DNA of 64,000 nucleotides, taken from NCBI GenBank assembly GCA_033762115.1, contig JANRLX010000107.1:1-64000 (forward strand), in the 5' to 3' direction. Position numbers and translations under genes: made by a program. Source of the stretch: Verrucomicrobiota bacterium (GTDB lineage: Bacteria > Verrucomicrobiota > Verrucomicrobiia > Limisphaerales > SXQI01). The number at the start of each line of letters is the position of its first letter. The stretch's first letter is position 1. The notes beneath the pieces were generated by a model. The model did not search any database. It was not told where the DNA came from and worked only from the letters and a program-made list of their open reading frames with translations. Shown here in pieces: positions 38,701-48,337 of this stretch.

Positions 38701-39110
38701 GCAACGCCGAGGAGGGTAAAAAAATCTTCGTCGAGCGGACCGATCTCGCCTGTCTTCGTTGCCACAAAATGAATGGCGAAGGCGGAGACCTTGGTCCCGA
38801 CCTCACAGGGCTTGGGAAAAAGCAGGGCAGGGAGCACCTGCTCGAATCGATTCTCTTTCCAAATGCAAAAATGGCTCCCGGTTTTGAAAATCTCCTCATC
38901 ACCCTTAATGATGGCGCGAGCCACGCAGGCATCCTGAAAAGTGAAACCGACTCCGAACTGCTCCTGAACTCTCCGGAGGATGGCTTGGTCACGATCCAGA
39001 AAAGCCAGATAAAATCTCGTCAACCCGGCCTTTCTGCCATGCCAGCCGAGATGGGAACTGCTCTCTCAAGGCGGGAACTGCGGAACCTGGTGGAGTATCT
39101 GGCACAGTGA
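35793..39110 (+). CDS. PVC-type beta-propeller dehydrogenase-like/HEAT-repeat/cytochrome c (CxxCH) protein
   Basis: Signal peptide, propeller motifs (GLRNPQELAFD, FGPDG), HEAT repeats, then CLRCHK...GPDL...SAMP. Confidence 0.9.
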   Translation: MSLPIFFLLLCLTCSLDLWADPAADARKAAEAAAKEKALEPDTRIKQIRLAPGLKIDHYATEPLLLNPVAFSFDEAGRLYVVETHRRRTSVYDIRNHRDWLDADFSFRTVLDRSNFLNQALAPGKTNLARFQADHNGDGTIDILDLQVESEAIRLLIDTNRDGRADSSTIFATNFNTSVSGVAAGVLARKSDLWFACIPDLWLLRDTNFDGRVDVRTNLLSGFGVHISFGGHDLHGLRFGPDGKIYFSIADRGLHVEQGGRTVSYPDSGAVMRCNRDGTEFELYATGLRNPQELAFDDYGNLFTGDNNGDGGDAARWVYLVEGGESGWHIGWQHLPKMGPWNSEKLWHLAPTNTAAYILPPVAHIGHGPAGIVYHPGTGLNGMLHGKFFMCDFPGGVRSIGLKPRGAGFELAELRELLWNIYPVDVDFGPDGALYILDWVDGWEKPGKGRVYRITPDNGLVDPVTESTRTILATGVANRPLNEFAKLLGHPDQRVRQEAQFTFAEIGLLSTNLLLDIVRSGQNEMARIHAIWAMGQMARTNPLVAPFLLPFVADPNPEIRAQIFKVLGDVRANAVFDAAVAALVDQAPRVRFFALMALGKLGNPAALDGILRAIEENADRDPYLRHAAVMALVGLNDPSLVEQISRDESRSVRLAALLAMRKLARPEIVSFLHDEDGGIVLEAARAIHDLPITQGISQLAALITRTNLSEPVIKRAINANFRLGKLEHALALSDYAINPLNPESLRIEAIQRLGQWVKPPGRDPVIGLWRPLPEREARTPRLALSEIDTLLAGPPGIQLAAIESVVTLGLDHLSGFIYSLLTNDQNQVNVRVAALKALLAWKSPQLSRAMQAAAESSHPELRKEAALFNSQSKPANAALELMNALEKGTLSEKQAAIVALGEMKGVATDPILLMLLDRLLNEKLDKGLELELLEAAAKRNDPAIIKQLARFEKSRGDQPLAQYRESLFGGNAEEGKKIFVERTDLACLRCHKMNGEGGDLGPDLTGLGKKQGREHLLESILFPNAKMAPGFENLLITLNDGASHAGILKSETDSELLLNSPEDGLVTIQKSQIKSRQPGLSAMPAEMGTALSRRELRNLVEYLAQ

Positions 39111-39171
39111 CGTGCGTTTCATTTTCATCTAATTGGTTGCTTCAATACAGCCGCTTTTTTATCCTTCACTG

Positions 39172-40164
39172 ATGAACCCGTTCCCTCGCATCCTGCTTTT
39201 CGCGTTCTGCTGCATTGTCTTTTCTTTTTCCCCATCGCTCCAGGCCCGTGCCTATAAAATCGCTGTCATCCCCAAAGGCACCTCTCATGAATTCTGGAAA
39301 TCGATTCACGCAGGTGCCATCAAAGCCAAACAGGAGTTGGAAGCCAGCGGCGACAAGGTCACCATCGTCTGGAAAGGCCCGCTTCGTGAAGATGACCGCG
39401 ATTTGCAAATCCAGGTCGTTGAAAACTTCATCGCCCAACGAGTGGACGGGATCGTCCTCGCACCCCTCGATTCCCAGGCGCTGGTCGGTCCGGTTGAAAC
39501 CGCGATGCAAACCCGCATCCCCGTGGTCATTATCGATAGCGCCCTCAAAACAGACCGCATCACCAGCTACGTCTCCACTGACAATTACAAGGGAGGACAG
39601 CTCGGTGCCCGCCACCTGGCGAATTTGTTGAACGGCTCCGGAAAAGTCATCCTGCTTCGTTACCAGGTCGGTTCCGCCAGCACTGAGGAACGGGAAGCGG
39701 GCTTCCTGGACACGATGAAAAAGGAATTTCCAAAAATCGAACTGATCTCCTCCGATCAATACGCAGGCGCCACTCGTGATTCCGCTTACCAGGCCGCTCA
39801 AAACCTTTTGAACCGTCACGGCAGGGAGGTTCAGGGCGTCTTCTGCCCCTGTGAGCCGATCACCATCGGCATGACCATGGCCTTGCGCGACATCAACCGC
39901 GCTCGCGGCATCGTGAAAATTGTGGGCTTCGATGCGGGAGCACAATCAGTGGACGCCCTCAAAAAAGGAGATGTACAAGGCCTGGTTGTCCAAAACCCTG
40001 TAAAAATGGGTTACCTCGGAGTTAAAGCCATTGTCGCCCATCTCAACAAAGCCTCAGTCGAGAAAAAAGTGGACACAGGAGTGGTAGTCATCACCCCGGA
40101 TAACATGAAGGAACCTGCCATGCAGGAACTCCTTTATCCACCTCTCGACAAATACCTCAAATAA
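39172..40164 (+). CDS. Sugar ABC substrate-binding protein (RbsB-like)
   Basis: IPKGTSHEFW, TDNYKGG, VGFD and VQNPVKMGY motifs. Confidence 0.92.
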   Translation: MNPFPRILLFAFCCIVFSFSPSLQARAYKIAVIPKGTSHEFWKSIHAGAIKAKQELEASGDKVTIVWKGPLREDDRDLQIQVVENFIAQRVDGIVLAPLDSQALVGPVETAMQTRIPVVIIDSALKTDRITSYVSTDNYKGGQLGARHLANLLNGSGKVILLRYQVGSASTEEREAGFLDTMKKEFPKIELISSDQYAGATRDSAYQAAQNLLNRHGREVQGVFCPCEPITIGMTMALRDINRARGIVKIVGFDAGAQSVDALKKGDVQGLVVQNPVKMGYLGVKAIVAHLNKASVEKKVDTGVVVITPDNMKEPAMQELLYPPLDKYLK

Positions 40165-40168
40165 CAGA

Positions 40169-41668
40169 ATGCCTGTCGCGCGGCTTCGCCTTCACGCTGT
40201 CACCAAACGCTTTGGCGCCACCCATGCCTTGCGCGGAGTTTCTCTGACACTTGCTCCGGGCGAAGTGCACGCCATCATCGGCGAAAATGGCGCAGGGAAA
40301 TCGACCCTCATGAAAATCCTGAGCGGGGCGCATCAACCCGATTACGGGCAGATGTTCCTGAACGAGGTTCCGTTTGCTCCCCGAAATCCAATTGAGGGCA
40401 GGCGGGCAGGGGTGGTCATGATCTACCAGGAACTCAATCTGGTTCCTCACCTGACCGTTGCTGACAATATCCTGCTTGGCTCCGAGCCTTCCCGCTTCGG
40501 GTTTCTCGATAAAAAGCAGCAGCACACCATCGCCAGGCAGGCGCTGGCGGAACTCGGCCATGAAAATATCCCATTGGATGCTCCTGTCTCCTCCTGCTCA
40601 ATCGCCGGGCAGCAAATGATCGAGATCGCCCGTGCCCTTGTTCATCATCCCCAGGTCTTGATCATGGATGAACCGACCAGCAGTCTGACACAGGCTGATG
40701 TTGAAAAATTGTTCATCGCCATTGACCGCCTGAAAGCCAAAGGGGTTGGCATCCTTTACATCAGCCACTTTTTGGAGGAATGCCAGCGAATCGCCTCGCA
40801 TTACACTGTGCTTCGTGACGGTGAAAGTGTGGCCACAGGAAAAATGAGCGAGGTGACCCTCCCCGAAATCCTCCATGCAATGGTCGGCCGGGAGTTGAAC
40901 GAAATTTACCCGCGCATTCCTCATGCCCTCGGTGAAACGATCCTTGAAATCTCGAACCTCACAGGAATCACAAAACCTGTCGACGTGAGTTTCCGCCTCA
41001 GGAAAGGGGAAATCATGGGAATTGCCGGGCTGATTGGCGCCGGTCGCACCGAAACCTTGCGGGCAATTTTTGGGCTGGATCGTTGTTCCGGGGTCATCGA
41101 GGTCAAGAATCATCATCGCGGCCGCACTCCCAGGGCCCGCCTCAAGCAGGGGATCGGATTTCTCAGCGAAAACCGCAAGGAGGAAGGTCTGATGCTCCAG
41201 CAAACCATTGCCGACAACCTGACCCTTTCACGGCTCGCCCCATTTTCATCCTTCGGCCTCCTGCGGGCCGGTCAGCAACATGCGCGTGCATCCGAAATGA
41301 TTTCCAGGTTCTCCATCAAAGCCCGCGATTCCCGTCAGGAGGTCGGCGCATTATCCGGAGGGAACCAGCAAAAAGTCGCCTTTGCCCGTTTGCTCCACCA
41401 CAGTGCCGACATCTTCCTGCTCGATGAACCCACCAGAGGGATCGATGTGGGCAGCAAAGCCGAAATTTATTCATTGATGGGGGAACTTGCCGCTGCCGGA
41501 AAATCCATCCTCTTCTCCAGTTCATACATCCCTGAACTGCTCGGCGTGTGTGACACCATTGCCGTCATTTGCCGCGGCAGGTTGGGTCCCGCTAAACCCG
41601 TCTCTGACTGGACCGAGCATTCCATCATCGCTGCTGCTGTGGGACAGGAGGATCGCTGCCTTTCATGA
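40169..41668 (+). CDS. Sugar ABC ATP-binding protein (RbsA-like)
   Basis: GENGAGKSTL, LSGGNQQKV and DEPTRGIDVG motifs. Confidence 0.94.
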   Translation: MPVARLRLHAVTKRFGATHALRGVSLTLAPGEVHAIIGENGAGKSTLMKILSGAHQPDYGQMFLNEVPFAPRNPIEGRRAGVVMIYQELNLVPHLTVADNILLGSEPSRFGFLDKKQQHTIARQALAELGHENIPLDAPVSSCSIAGQQMIEIARALVHHPQVLIMDEPTSSLTQADVEKLFIAIDRLKAKGVGILYISHFLEECQRIASHYTVLRDGESVATGKMSEVTLPEILHAMVGRELNEIYPRIPHALGETILEISNLTGITKPVDVSFRLRKGEIMGIAGLIGAGRTETLRAIFGLDRCSGVIEVKNHHRGRTPRARLKQGIGFLSENRKEEGLMLQQTIADNLTLSRLAPFSSFGLLRAGQQHARASEMISRFSIKARDSRQEVGALSGGNQQKVAFARLLHHSADIFLLDEPTRGIDVGSKAEIYSLMGELAAAGKSILFSSSYIPELLGVCDTIAVICRGRLGPAKPVSDWTEHSIIAAAVGQEDRCLS

Positions 41669-42660
41669 AATCTGACACCTCCTTTATTTCCTCCCTTTCC
41701 CGGGCCTTCCATCGCCTTGGCCCCTTCATCATCCTGCTGTTCGTCATCAGTTTCTTTGCCTTCACCATGGAAAGCGATGTCCGCAACGGCTTCTTTTCAA
41801 TCCATAACGGCAAACTGATGCTGACTCAAACAGTGATCGTCGCCATCGGAGCGCTCGGCATGACCATGATCATCATCAGCGGTGGTATTGACCTTAGCGT
41901 CGGCAGCGTCATTGCCTTGACCAGCGTGACCGGTGCCTACCTCGTGCGGGAAGGCCACTCCCTCGCGGTCGGTTTTTTCATCCCCATTCTTTTGGGAGGC
42001 ATCATCGGTCTCTTGAACGGCAGCATTATCGCCCTCTTTAAAATGACACCGTTCATTGTCACCCTTGGCATGCTCGGTGTCGCCCGTGGCCTTGCCAAAT
42101 GGCGCGCCGATAATCAAACCGTCAACCTCCCCCAGGAACAACTCGGCCCCGTCGGCACGCTCATGTCAGACCCTGATCCGGACGGCTTGTTCCTCTCGCC
42201 CGGAATCGTCATCGCAATCGAACTCGCCATCCTCACTGCAATCCTTCTTCGCCGCACCGTTTTTGGTAAACACATTTTCGCCATCGGTTCCAATGAAGCC
42301 ACCGCGCGCCTCTGCGGCATTCGCACCGTCGCCACCATAATCTGGATTTACGCACTCGCCGGGTTGTTTTTCGGACTCGCCGGCGTCATGCAATTTTCCC
42401 GCCTTCGTCAGGGAGACCCCAGCGCCGCCATTGGAATCGAACTCGACATCATCGCAGCCGTGGTCATTGGCGGGGCCAGCCTTAATGGCGGCGTCGGAAG
42501 CATCTTCGGCTCAATGATCGGGGCCCTGACCATGGCGGTGCTTCGCAGCGGGTCAACCCAGAGTGACTGGCCCAATTACATGCAGGAAATCATCATCGGC
42601 ATCGTGATCATCCTTGCCGTGGGCCTCGATAAATGGCGCCAGGGCAGGCACGCCGCCTAG
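41665..42660 (+). CDS. Sugar ABC permease (RbsC-like)
   Basis: GGIDLSVGS, PFIVTLG and IAAVVIGGASL motifs. Confidence 0.94.
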   Translation: MKSDTSFISSLSRAFHRLGPFIILLFVISFFAFTMESDVRNGFFSIHNGKLMLTQTVIVAIGALGMTMIIISGGIDLSVGSVIALTSVTGAYLVREGHSLAVGFFIPILLGGIIGLLNGSIIALFKMTPFIVTLGMLGVARGLAKWRADNQTVNLPQEQLGPVGTLMSDPDPDGLFLSPGIVIAIELAILTAILLRRTVFGKHIFAIGSNEATARLCGIRTVATIIWIYALAGLFFGLAGVMQFSRLRQGDPSAAIGIELDIIAAVVIGGASLNGGVGSIFGSMIGALTMAVLRSGSTQSDWPNYMQEIIIGIVIILAVGLDKWRQGRHAA

Positions 42661-43799
42661 CTTTCCTGTGGGCTCGTTGGAAAATCCACAATAAACCGCG
42701 TCCCTTTTCCAAGCTCACTTTCGCACCAGACTTTCGCCTTCACGGCCTCCACCATCTTCTTCACAATCGAAAGCCCAAGTCCTGTCGAGGCTTCCCCTCC
42801 CGTTGGTTTTGGTGTCAGCCGTGCAAATTTGCCAAACAGCTTCTTTTGGTCTGCCTCGCTTAATCCCGGCCCCTGGTCCTCCACGATCAACCGCAGCGAG
42901 TCTCCCGCCGGGAGAACCCGCACCAGGATCGTTTTCGCCTTCGGGGAATACTTGATTGCGTTGGAAAGCAGGTTGTCGATCACTTGCGTTGTCACTCGAA
43001 AGTCGGTGTAGGCAATTGCCGGGCGGACCGCGATCTCCAGTTTGATCATCTGCTGCTTCACTTTCGCGTTCGCCTCATAATTCCGCGCCACCGACTCAAT
43101 GATCGGTGCCACATCAAACGGCCCCAGTTCAATGTTCATCTGGCCCCGGTCGATCGTATTCACATCCAGCAAATTCTCCACCAGCGCCATCATGTGGTGT
43201 GCCGCCTCCTTGATGATCTCCACGAATTCCAGCGTCTGCTCCCGTGGCATGTCCGGCTCCGTTTCGATCATCTCCGCCAGGCTCACGATATTGCTCAAGG
43301 GACTCCGAAGATCATGCGCGGCTATTCCCAGGAATTCATTTTTTTCGTAATTCAGTTCACGGAGCCGTTCCGCATATTTCCACACCATGTCCCGGGCCCG
43401 TTTCAATTCAAGGTGGGTCCGCACCCGCGCGAGCAGTTCCGCCGTGTTAAATGGTTTTGTAATGTAATCAACCGCTCCCGAGCCGAACGCCTGCACCAGG
43501 TCCTCCAACTCATTGCTCGCAGTCAAAAAAATCACAGGAATTTTTTTCGTGGCCGCGCCCATTTTCAGCTGCTGCAAAACCTCCAGCCCGTTCATTTCCG
43601 GCATCCGGTAATCCAGCAGGATCAGGTCCGGCAACTGCGCTCCCAGTCTCTCCAGGGCCTGGGCGCCGCTCAATGCCGGGATGATTTCATACCCCGCCTC
43701 CGCCAGCACCGAGCCCACCACCTGGATGTTCGTCTGGATATCGTCCACCACAAGGATGACCGGCTCTTTCGTTTCGGTTTCTATAAACTCAAAATTCAT
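42657..43799 (-). CDS. Hybrid receiver-histidine kinase
   Basis: REC (VVDD, LLDYRMP, ITKPF), HisKA (AAHDLRSPL) and HATPase. Confidence 0.94.
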   Translation of the reverse strand: MNFEFIETETKEPVILVVDDIQTNIQVVGSVLAEAGYEIIPALSGAQALERLGAQLPDLILLDYRMPEMNGLEVLQQLKMGAATKKIPVIFLTASNELEDLVQAFGSGAVDYITKPFNTAELLARVRTHLELKRARDMVWKYAERLRELNYEKNEFLGIAAHDLRSPLSNIVSLAEMIETEPDMPREQTLEFVEIIKEAAHHMMALVENLLDVNTIDRGQMNIELGPFDVAPIIESVARNYEANAKVKQQMIKLEIAVRPAIAYTDFRVTTQVIDNLLSNAIKYSPKAKTILVRVLPAGDSLRLIVEDQGPGLSEADQKKLFGKFARLTPKPTGGEASTGLGLSIVKKMVEAVKAKVWCESELGKGTRFIVDFPTSPQES

Positions 43800-45790
43800 G
43801 ATCGGACCTTCTGTCGCTCCAATTCCTGCACCAAAAAGGGAAATTCTGAAAGTGTTTGTGGGATCTTCCGCAAGTCAAATGCCGTTGTCTGCTCCAGCAA
43901 CCGCTTCCCGAATATTTTCAGGTCCTCCACCTGGAATTCCAGCCCATGCCGGATCATTCGTTCGGCAAACTGGGAAATCTTTCGGATCGCCAGCGTTTGC
44001 TGCAAGGTTGGCAATACATCCAGTTCCTCTGCTTTAAGCGCCACCAGCAGCTCAGGGATCCGTTCGCCCCGGCAACCCTCTCTAGGTGCATGTTCACTGA
44101 CATGCGCGATCGAAGGTGTTCCACTCGTTTGTGACTGCGTTCGAGTCACCATCACATCCTTGAACTGAAACAGGAACGTTGTGCCTTTGCCCACACGGCT
44201 CCGCACAGTAATCGTTCCCTTCATCATTTCCGTCAATCGTTTCGTGATCGCCAGCCCTAGCCCAGTACCCCCATACTTCTTCGTGTCATGCCCCGCTGCC
44301 TGGGTAAAGGTCTCGAAAATCTTCTGCTGTTCGCTTTCAGGAATCCCAATCCCGCTGTCACTGATCTCAATATACAGGATGATCGCCTGCGCATTCGCCT
44401 GTTCTGCCCACGAACGGATCACCACCCATCCTTTCGACGTGAATTTCAGGGCATTCCCAACCGTGTTCAGCAGGATTTGTCGCAACCGCACTTCATCCAG
44501 CAATATTTCGTCCGGCAACCCAAGGTCCGCTTCGTAACGAAGCTCCACCTTTTTGCTGTCCGCCGCCGGTAAGAAAATTTGCTGGATCTCCTCGAACAAT
44601 CTCCTTGGACACATCGGCTCATAGCGGATTTCCAGCTTGCCCGCCTCCACCTTCGAAAGATCAAGGATGTCATTGATCAACGTCAGCAATGTCTTCCCGC
44701 TTGAACTGATCGCAGACAGGAAATTTTTGCTTTTTGGGTCCTGCGTTTGTCGGTTCAGCACATCCGCAAAACCCAAAATCGCATTCAACGGGGTCCTAAT
44801 TTCGTGCGACATGTTCGCAAGGAACTGGCTTTTTGCCCGGCTCGCCCCAAGCGCTGCCTCCCGCGCCTTCACCAATTCCGCTTCAGCTTGTTTCCTGGCA
44901 GTAATATCTTTCCCGTAAAAATTGACATACCCTGCATCCTCCACAGGCACCACCAGGAACACATAAGCCCGTCCATCGAATGCCGCTTCAAATTCATTCT
45001 TCTCCCGCGCCTGGAATGCCTGTTCGATCTTCACCAGCCATTCCCCACCCAGCATGTCTCCCACCGCAAACCCCATCGCCTTCAAAATCCCCAGCCCTGC
45101 CAGATTGCTGTAAAGCACCTTCCCGTTTTTCCCGGCTCGAATCATTGGCTCAGGGCTTTCCGCTGGCAACCGCGCAAGCACCTTGTTTTCCTGCAATGTC
45201 CGCTGCAGGTCGGAATTGGTCGCCAGGATCTTGTGTTCCAGTTCCGCCAGGTTTTTCGCTTCGCTCAAGGCGTAAGCTGCCGTGTTCAGCAAAATCGTCA
45301 GGAGACGCGTCCTGATTTCCGGGCTCGATGTCACCTCCGGGTCGATCAACCCGCAAAACATCCCCACAATATGCGAGGCGTCCCCAAGCACATGAAACAT
45401 CCCCTTCGTCCGATCACCCACCCGCGGGACAAACAAGGTCGGGCCCCGCTGCCGCAATGCCCACGCGAACTTTCCCGTTTTGATCTGTTGCTTCACCAGG
45501 TCCTTCATCCGCTCGCTCGCTTCCGGCGGATGCGCCAGTGCCACCTGGAATTCAAACGTGTTCGGATCAACCTGGTAAAAAATCGTTTCAATGAAAAAAC
45601 CCAGGCCCTCGATATACGCCTGCGTTACCCGGAAAATCTCCTCCTGCGATTTCGCTTCCTTGATGTCCCTTTGAAAATGTTCCAGCGCGGTAAACAGGTT
45701 GACCAACTCCGACCCGCTCTCCTCGTCCAGCTTTGCCAGCTCCGCCGCAAAATATTCCGGGTAGATGGAGTTCCTCGTTGGCATAATCAT
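43796..45790 (-). CDS. Sensor histidine kinase (GAF-like + PAS + HisKA + HATPase + helical tail)
   Basis: FLANMSHEIRTPLN and GGTGLGLAI motifs. ATGA overlap with the HDOD gene supports a start at 45790. Confidence 0.9.
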   Translation of the reverse strand: MIMPTRNSIYPEYFAAELAKLDEESGSELVNLFTALEHFQRDIKEAKSQEEIFRVTQAYIEGLGFFIETIFYQVDPNTFEFQVALAHPPEASERMKDLVKQQIKTGKFAWALRQRGPTLFVPRVGDRTKGMFHVLGDASHIVGMFCGLIDPEVTSSPEIRTRLLTILLNTAAYALSEAKNLAELEHKILATNSDLQRTLQENKVLARLPAESPEPMIRAGKNGKVLYSNLAGLGILKAMGFAVGDMLGGEWLVKIEQAFQAREKNEFEAAFDGRAYVFLVVPVEDAGYVNFYGKDITARKQAEAELVKAREAALGASRAKSQFLANMSHEIRTPLNAILGFADVLNRQTQDPKSKNFLSAISSSGKTLLTLINDILDLSKVEAGKLEIRYEPMCPRRLFEEIQQIFLPAADSKKVELRYEADLGLPDEILLDEVRLRQILLNTVGNALKFTSKGWVVIRSWAEQANAQAIILYIEISDSGIGIPESEQQKIFETFTQAAGHDTKKYGGTGLGLAITKRLTEMMKGTITVRSRVGKGTTFLFQFKDVMVTRTQSQTSGTPSIAHVSEHAPREGCRGERIPELLVALKAEELDVLPTLQQTLAIRKISQFAERMIRHGLEFQVEDLKIFGKRLLEQTTAFDLRKIPQTLSEFPFLVQELERQKVRS

Positions 45791-46656
45791 CCTTGCGCTG
45801 TCGTACACTCCCTCGCCAGAAACGCCTGCTCCACCTCGATGATCTGCGCATCCACGGATTCCACCAGTGCATCAAGGCAATCTGTTTCCAATCCAATCCG
45901 CTCCCATGCCTGCCTTTGCGCTGGCGGCACATACCTTTCCCCGGAACTTCCCAACTGCATCCCGTTCACAAGATAATCCGCAATATGCACCAGCGATGCT
46001 TCCATCTGGTAAGCCCCGGCAGACATCGGCGTATGATGATGCCGCACCGCCGCCACCAGCTGCGCTGGGTAATCCCATTTCATCAACAACCCCTCTGCGA
46101 TCTCGCAATGGTTGAATCCCAAAACTTCCTGCTCCGCTGTCCGTAACAACATCACCTTCGTTTGATACAACCCAAAAACCCGCCGCGCATCTTCAGGTGA
46201 GCGGGTGTACAACACCATCCGCCCCACATCATGAAGCAGCCCGGCCACAAAATAACGTTCCGGCTTGGCAAGGCGTCGCGCTGTCGCTAGCTGGCGTGCA
46301 ATCAGGCCACATCCAAGGCTATGTTTCCAGAACGATTCCATGTCCACCAGGTCCGCCGACACCCCCTCGAAAAGCTCAATCACCATCGACACCGAAATCA
46401 GGTCCTGCACCTGTTGAATGCCAATCAGGCTGATCGTGTCCGCCACCGTTTCAATCCGTTGCGGAAAACCGAAAAATGAACTGTTCCCCAATTTCAAAAG
46501 GCGCGCCGTCAGGTCAGGGTCCTTTTCAATGATTTCTCCCACCTGGTCCAGCGTGCTTTGCGGATCATCCAGGATCGCTTCGATCTCCTGGAGCACCCCG
46601 GCATAACTTCCAAGGCTTGGAATACCCCCGATCAACTCCTCGATACTCTTACCCAT
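45787..46656 (-). CDS. HDOD domain protein
   Basis: DPDLTARLLKLGNS, FWKHS, GLLHDVGR and HHH motifs. Confidence 0.92.
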   Translation of the reverse strand: MGKSIEELIGGIPSLGSYAGVLQEIEAILDDPQSTLDQVGEIIEKDPDLTARLLKLGNSSFFGFPQRIETVADTISLIGIQQVQDLISVSMVIELFEGVSADLVDMESFWKHSLGCGLIARQLATARRLAKPERYFVAGLLHDVGRMVLYTRSPEDARRVFGLYQTKVMLLRTAEQEVLGFNHCEIAEGLLMKWDYPAQLVAAVRHHHTPMSAGAYQMEASLVHIADYLVNGMQLGSSGERYVPPAQRQAWERIGLETDCLDALVESVDAQIIEVEQAFLARECTTAQG

Positions 46657-46981
46657 AGATCAATCTCGCCTTTCGCCGGAGCATCAAATCGAAAACCACC
46701 ACATGCAATTCGTTCCCCTCATCATGTTCCCAAAAAATTCGTCGCTGATCTTCTTCCAGCTTCTTCAGCGCCTCCGGTGCCAGCCTGGCCAATGGGTCCT
46801 GCGATTCCTCCTCCCCGGTGTCTTCCACCTGGATTTCCGGCACACCCCACATCTGCAACAGATTGATGTGCCTTTCTGACAAGGTGCAACCCGCTGGAAT
46901 CAAAAGCATATCGTCAATGTTTTTTACATCGACTTTAACAATCATTCCTTCCCGCACTGTATCCAGCCTCCGTTTAGGCAT
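46649..46981 (-). CDS. Hypothetical protein resembling the N-terminal module of HD-GYP/HDOD-associated proteins
   Basis: GMIVKVDV...LLIPAGCTLSERHINLLQMWGV pattern; overlaps the HDOD start. Confidence 0.7.
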   Translation of the reverse strand: MPKRRLDTVREGMIVKVDVKNIDDMLLIPAGCTLSERHINLLQMWGVPEIQVEDTGEEESQDPLARLAPEALKKLEEDQRRIFWEHDEGNELHVVVFDLMLRRKARLIYG

Positions 46982-47221
46982 AGTTCAACGTCCATGTTTT
47001 GCCTGTGCAATTGCGCTCCACCTCGTCGATCAGGAACCAGCGTGGAAGCGGATCAGTCACCCATTAATGGGGCACGAACCCAATACAGACAATTTTGTAT
47101 CGCCAAAATCTGGACACTACTTGAGTTCGTCTGTCCCGAAGCAATGCAGGACTGGAAATCATCTTGTCAATGTCCGAACTGCCAGGGAAGTTTGCCATCT
47201 GTCACGGTCATAAAACGGCTT

Positions 47222-48283
47222 CTACTCTGCCTTTTCTCGCATGACCTCCTCCGCAGCTTTATCCTCCCGCAACCCAATATAAACCGGGTGCCGCAAATGC
47301 CCATCCCGCGTCCATTCTGTAAAACGAACCTGGCACACAAGCTCCGGCCTCACCCAATGACAACGTTTCATTTCTGCTCGCCCGATTCCCTGCCTGCCTG
47401 TCATATTTCGCTCAGGCAGGTTCGCAAAAGGACATTGATCAATCTTTAACGGCTGAAATTGCTCGTAAAGGCTTGCAAGTGATGTGCTGTCAAACCCTGT
47501 CCCCACCTTTGAAGCGCACAGGAATTTCCCCCCTTCATAATATCCCACCAGCAAGGCTCCAAAAAATTTTCGTGCCCCCTCCGGTTCCGTATATCCTCCA
47601 ATCACGAATTCCTGTTCCACTGTCCATTTGAATTTGATCCAACTCCCGCTCCGTCGTCCCGCCTCATACACCGAGTTTCGTTGTTTCGCGATCAGTCCCT
47701 CCAGCCCAAGTCCCTGCATCTGTGCCTGCACCGCTCTCGCAGAACCCGTGATGAAATCGGAAAAAAACAACACGCGCGACTTTTTCGGTAGCAGCTCGCG
47801 CAACATCTCCTTTCGCCTTTCCAGCGGCAAACCCATCAACGACTTTCCATTCAATGCCAGCAAATCAAACCCATAATAAACCACAGCGGGAACCCTGCTC
47901 CCCCGCAATAATGGGCTCTGCAATAATTGAAAAGAAGATCGTCCCTTTTCATCCAGCGCCACCACCTCTCCATCCAAAATCGCGCTCTCACACTTCAATC
48001 TCGAAATCTCCCCCGCAACGGCTTGAAACCTCTCGGATAAATCCTTGTTGTTCCGCGAGAGCAGGATGGTCCCTTCCTTTTTCTTCAATGCCAGCATTCG
48101 AATGCCATCGAACTTGATTTCATAAACCCATTCCTTTCCCGAGGGGAGCGTCGTTGCCAGCTTGGCCTTCATCGGTTCCAGGAATCGAATCTGCGCTGAC
48201 GGTAAATCAATCGTGCCGCTACCCGGCGTCCGGTTCATTCTTGACCTTCGCACCTTTCTCCCGCCTGCTTTCTCCCCATTCAT
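47222..48283 (-). CDS. ligD: ATP-dependent DNA ligase (LigD ligase domain only)
   Basis: EIKFDGIR, LDGEVV, EGLIAK, WIKFK, VGTGF and LRHPVYIGLREDK motifs. Start uncertain (48283 or 48238). Confidence 0.9.
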   Translation of the reverse strand: MNGEKAGGRKVRRSRMNRTPGSGTIDLPSAQIRFLEPMKAKLATTLPSGKEWVYEIKFDGIRMLALKKKEGTILLSRNNKDLSERFQAVAGEISRLKCESAILDGEVVALDEKGRSSFQLLQSPLLRGSRVPAVVYYGFDLLALNGKSLMGLPLERRKEMLRELLPKKSRVLFFSDFITGSARAVQAQMQGLGLEGLIAKQRNSVYEAGRRSGSWIKFKWTVEQEFVIGGYTEPEGARKFFGALLVGYYEGGKFLCASKVGTGFDSTSLASLYEQFQPLKIDQCPFANLPERNMTGRQGIGRAEMKRCHWVRPELVCQVRFTEWTRDGHLRHPVYIGLREDKAAEEVMREKAE

Positions 48284-48337
48284 CACGCCCCCTTTTTGAT
48301 CCTCCCTTTTCACATCGCACTCATCATCCTCTCCCCC

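Noticed and set aside
42984..45976. 394-aa and 409-aa plus-strand ORFs
   Set aside because: Antisense shadows of the histidine kinase genes.
46994..47449. Cys-rich 151-aa ORF
   Set aside because: It overlaps the ligD 3' end in antisense, with no clear RBS or family motif.
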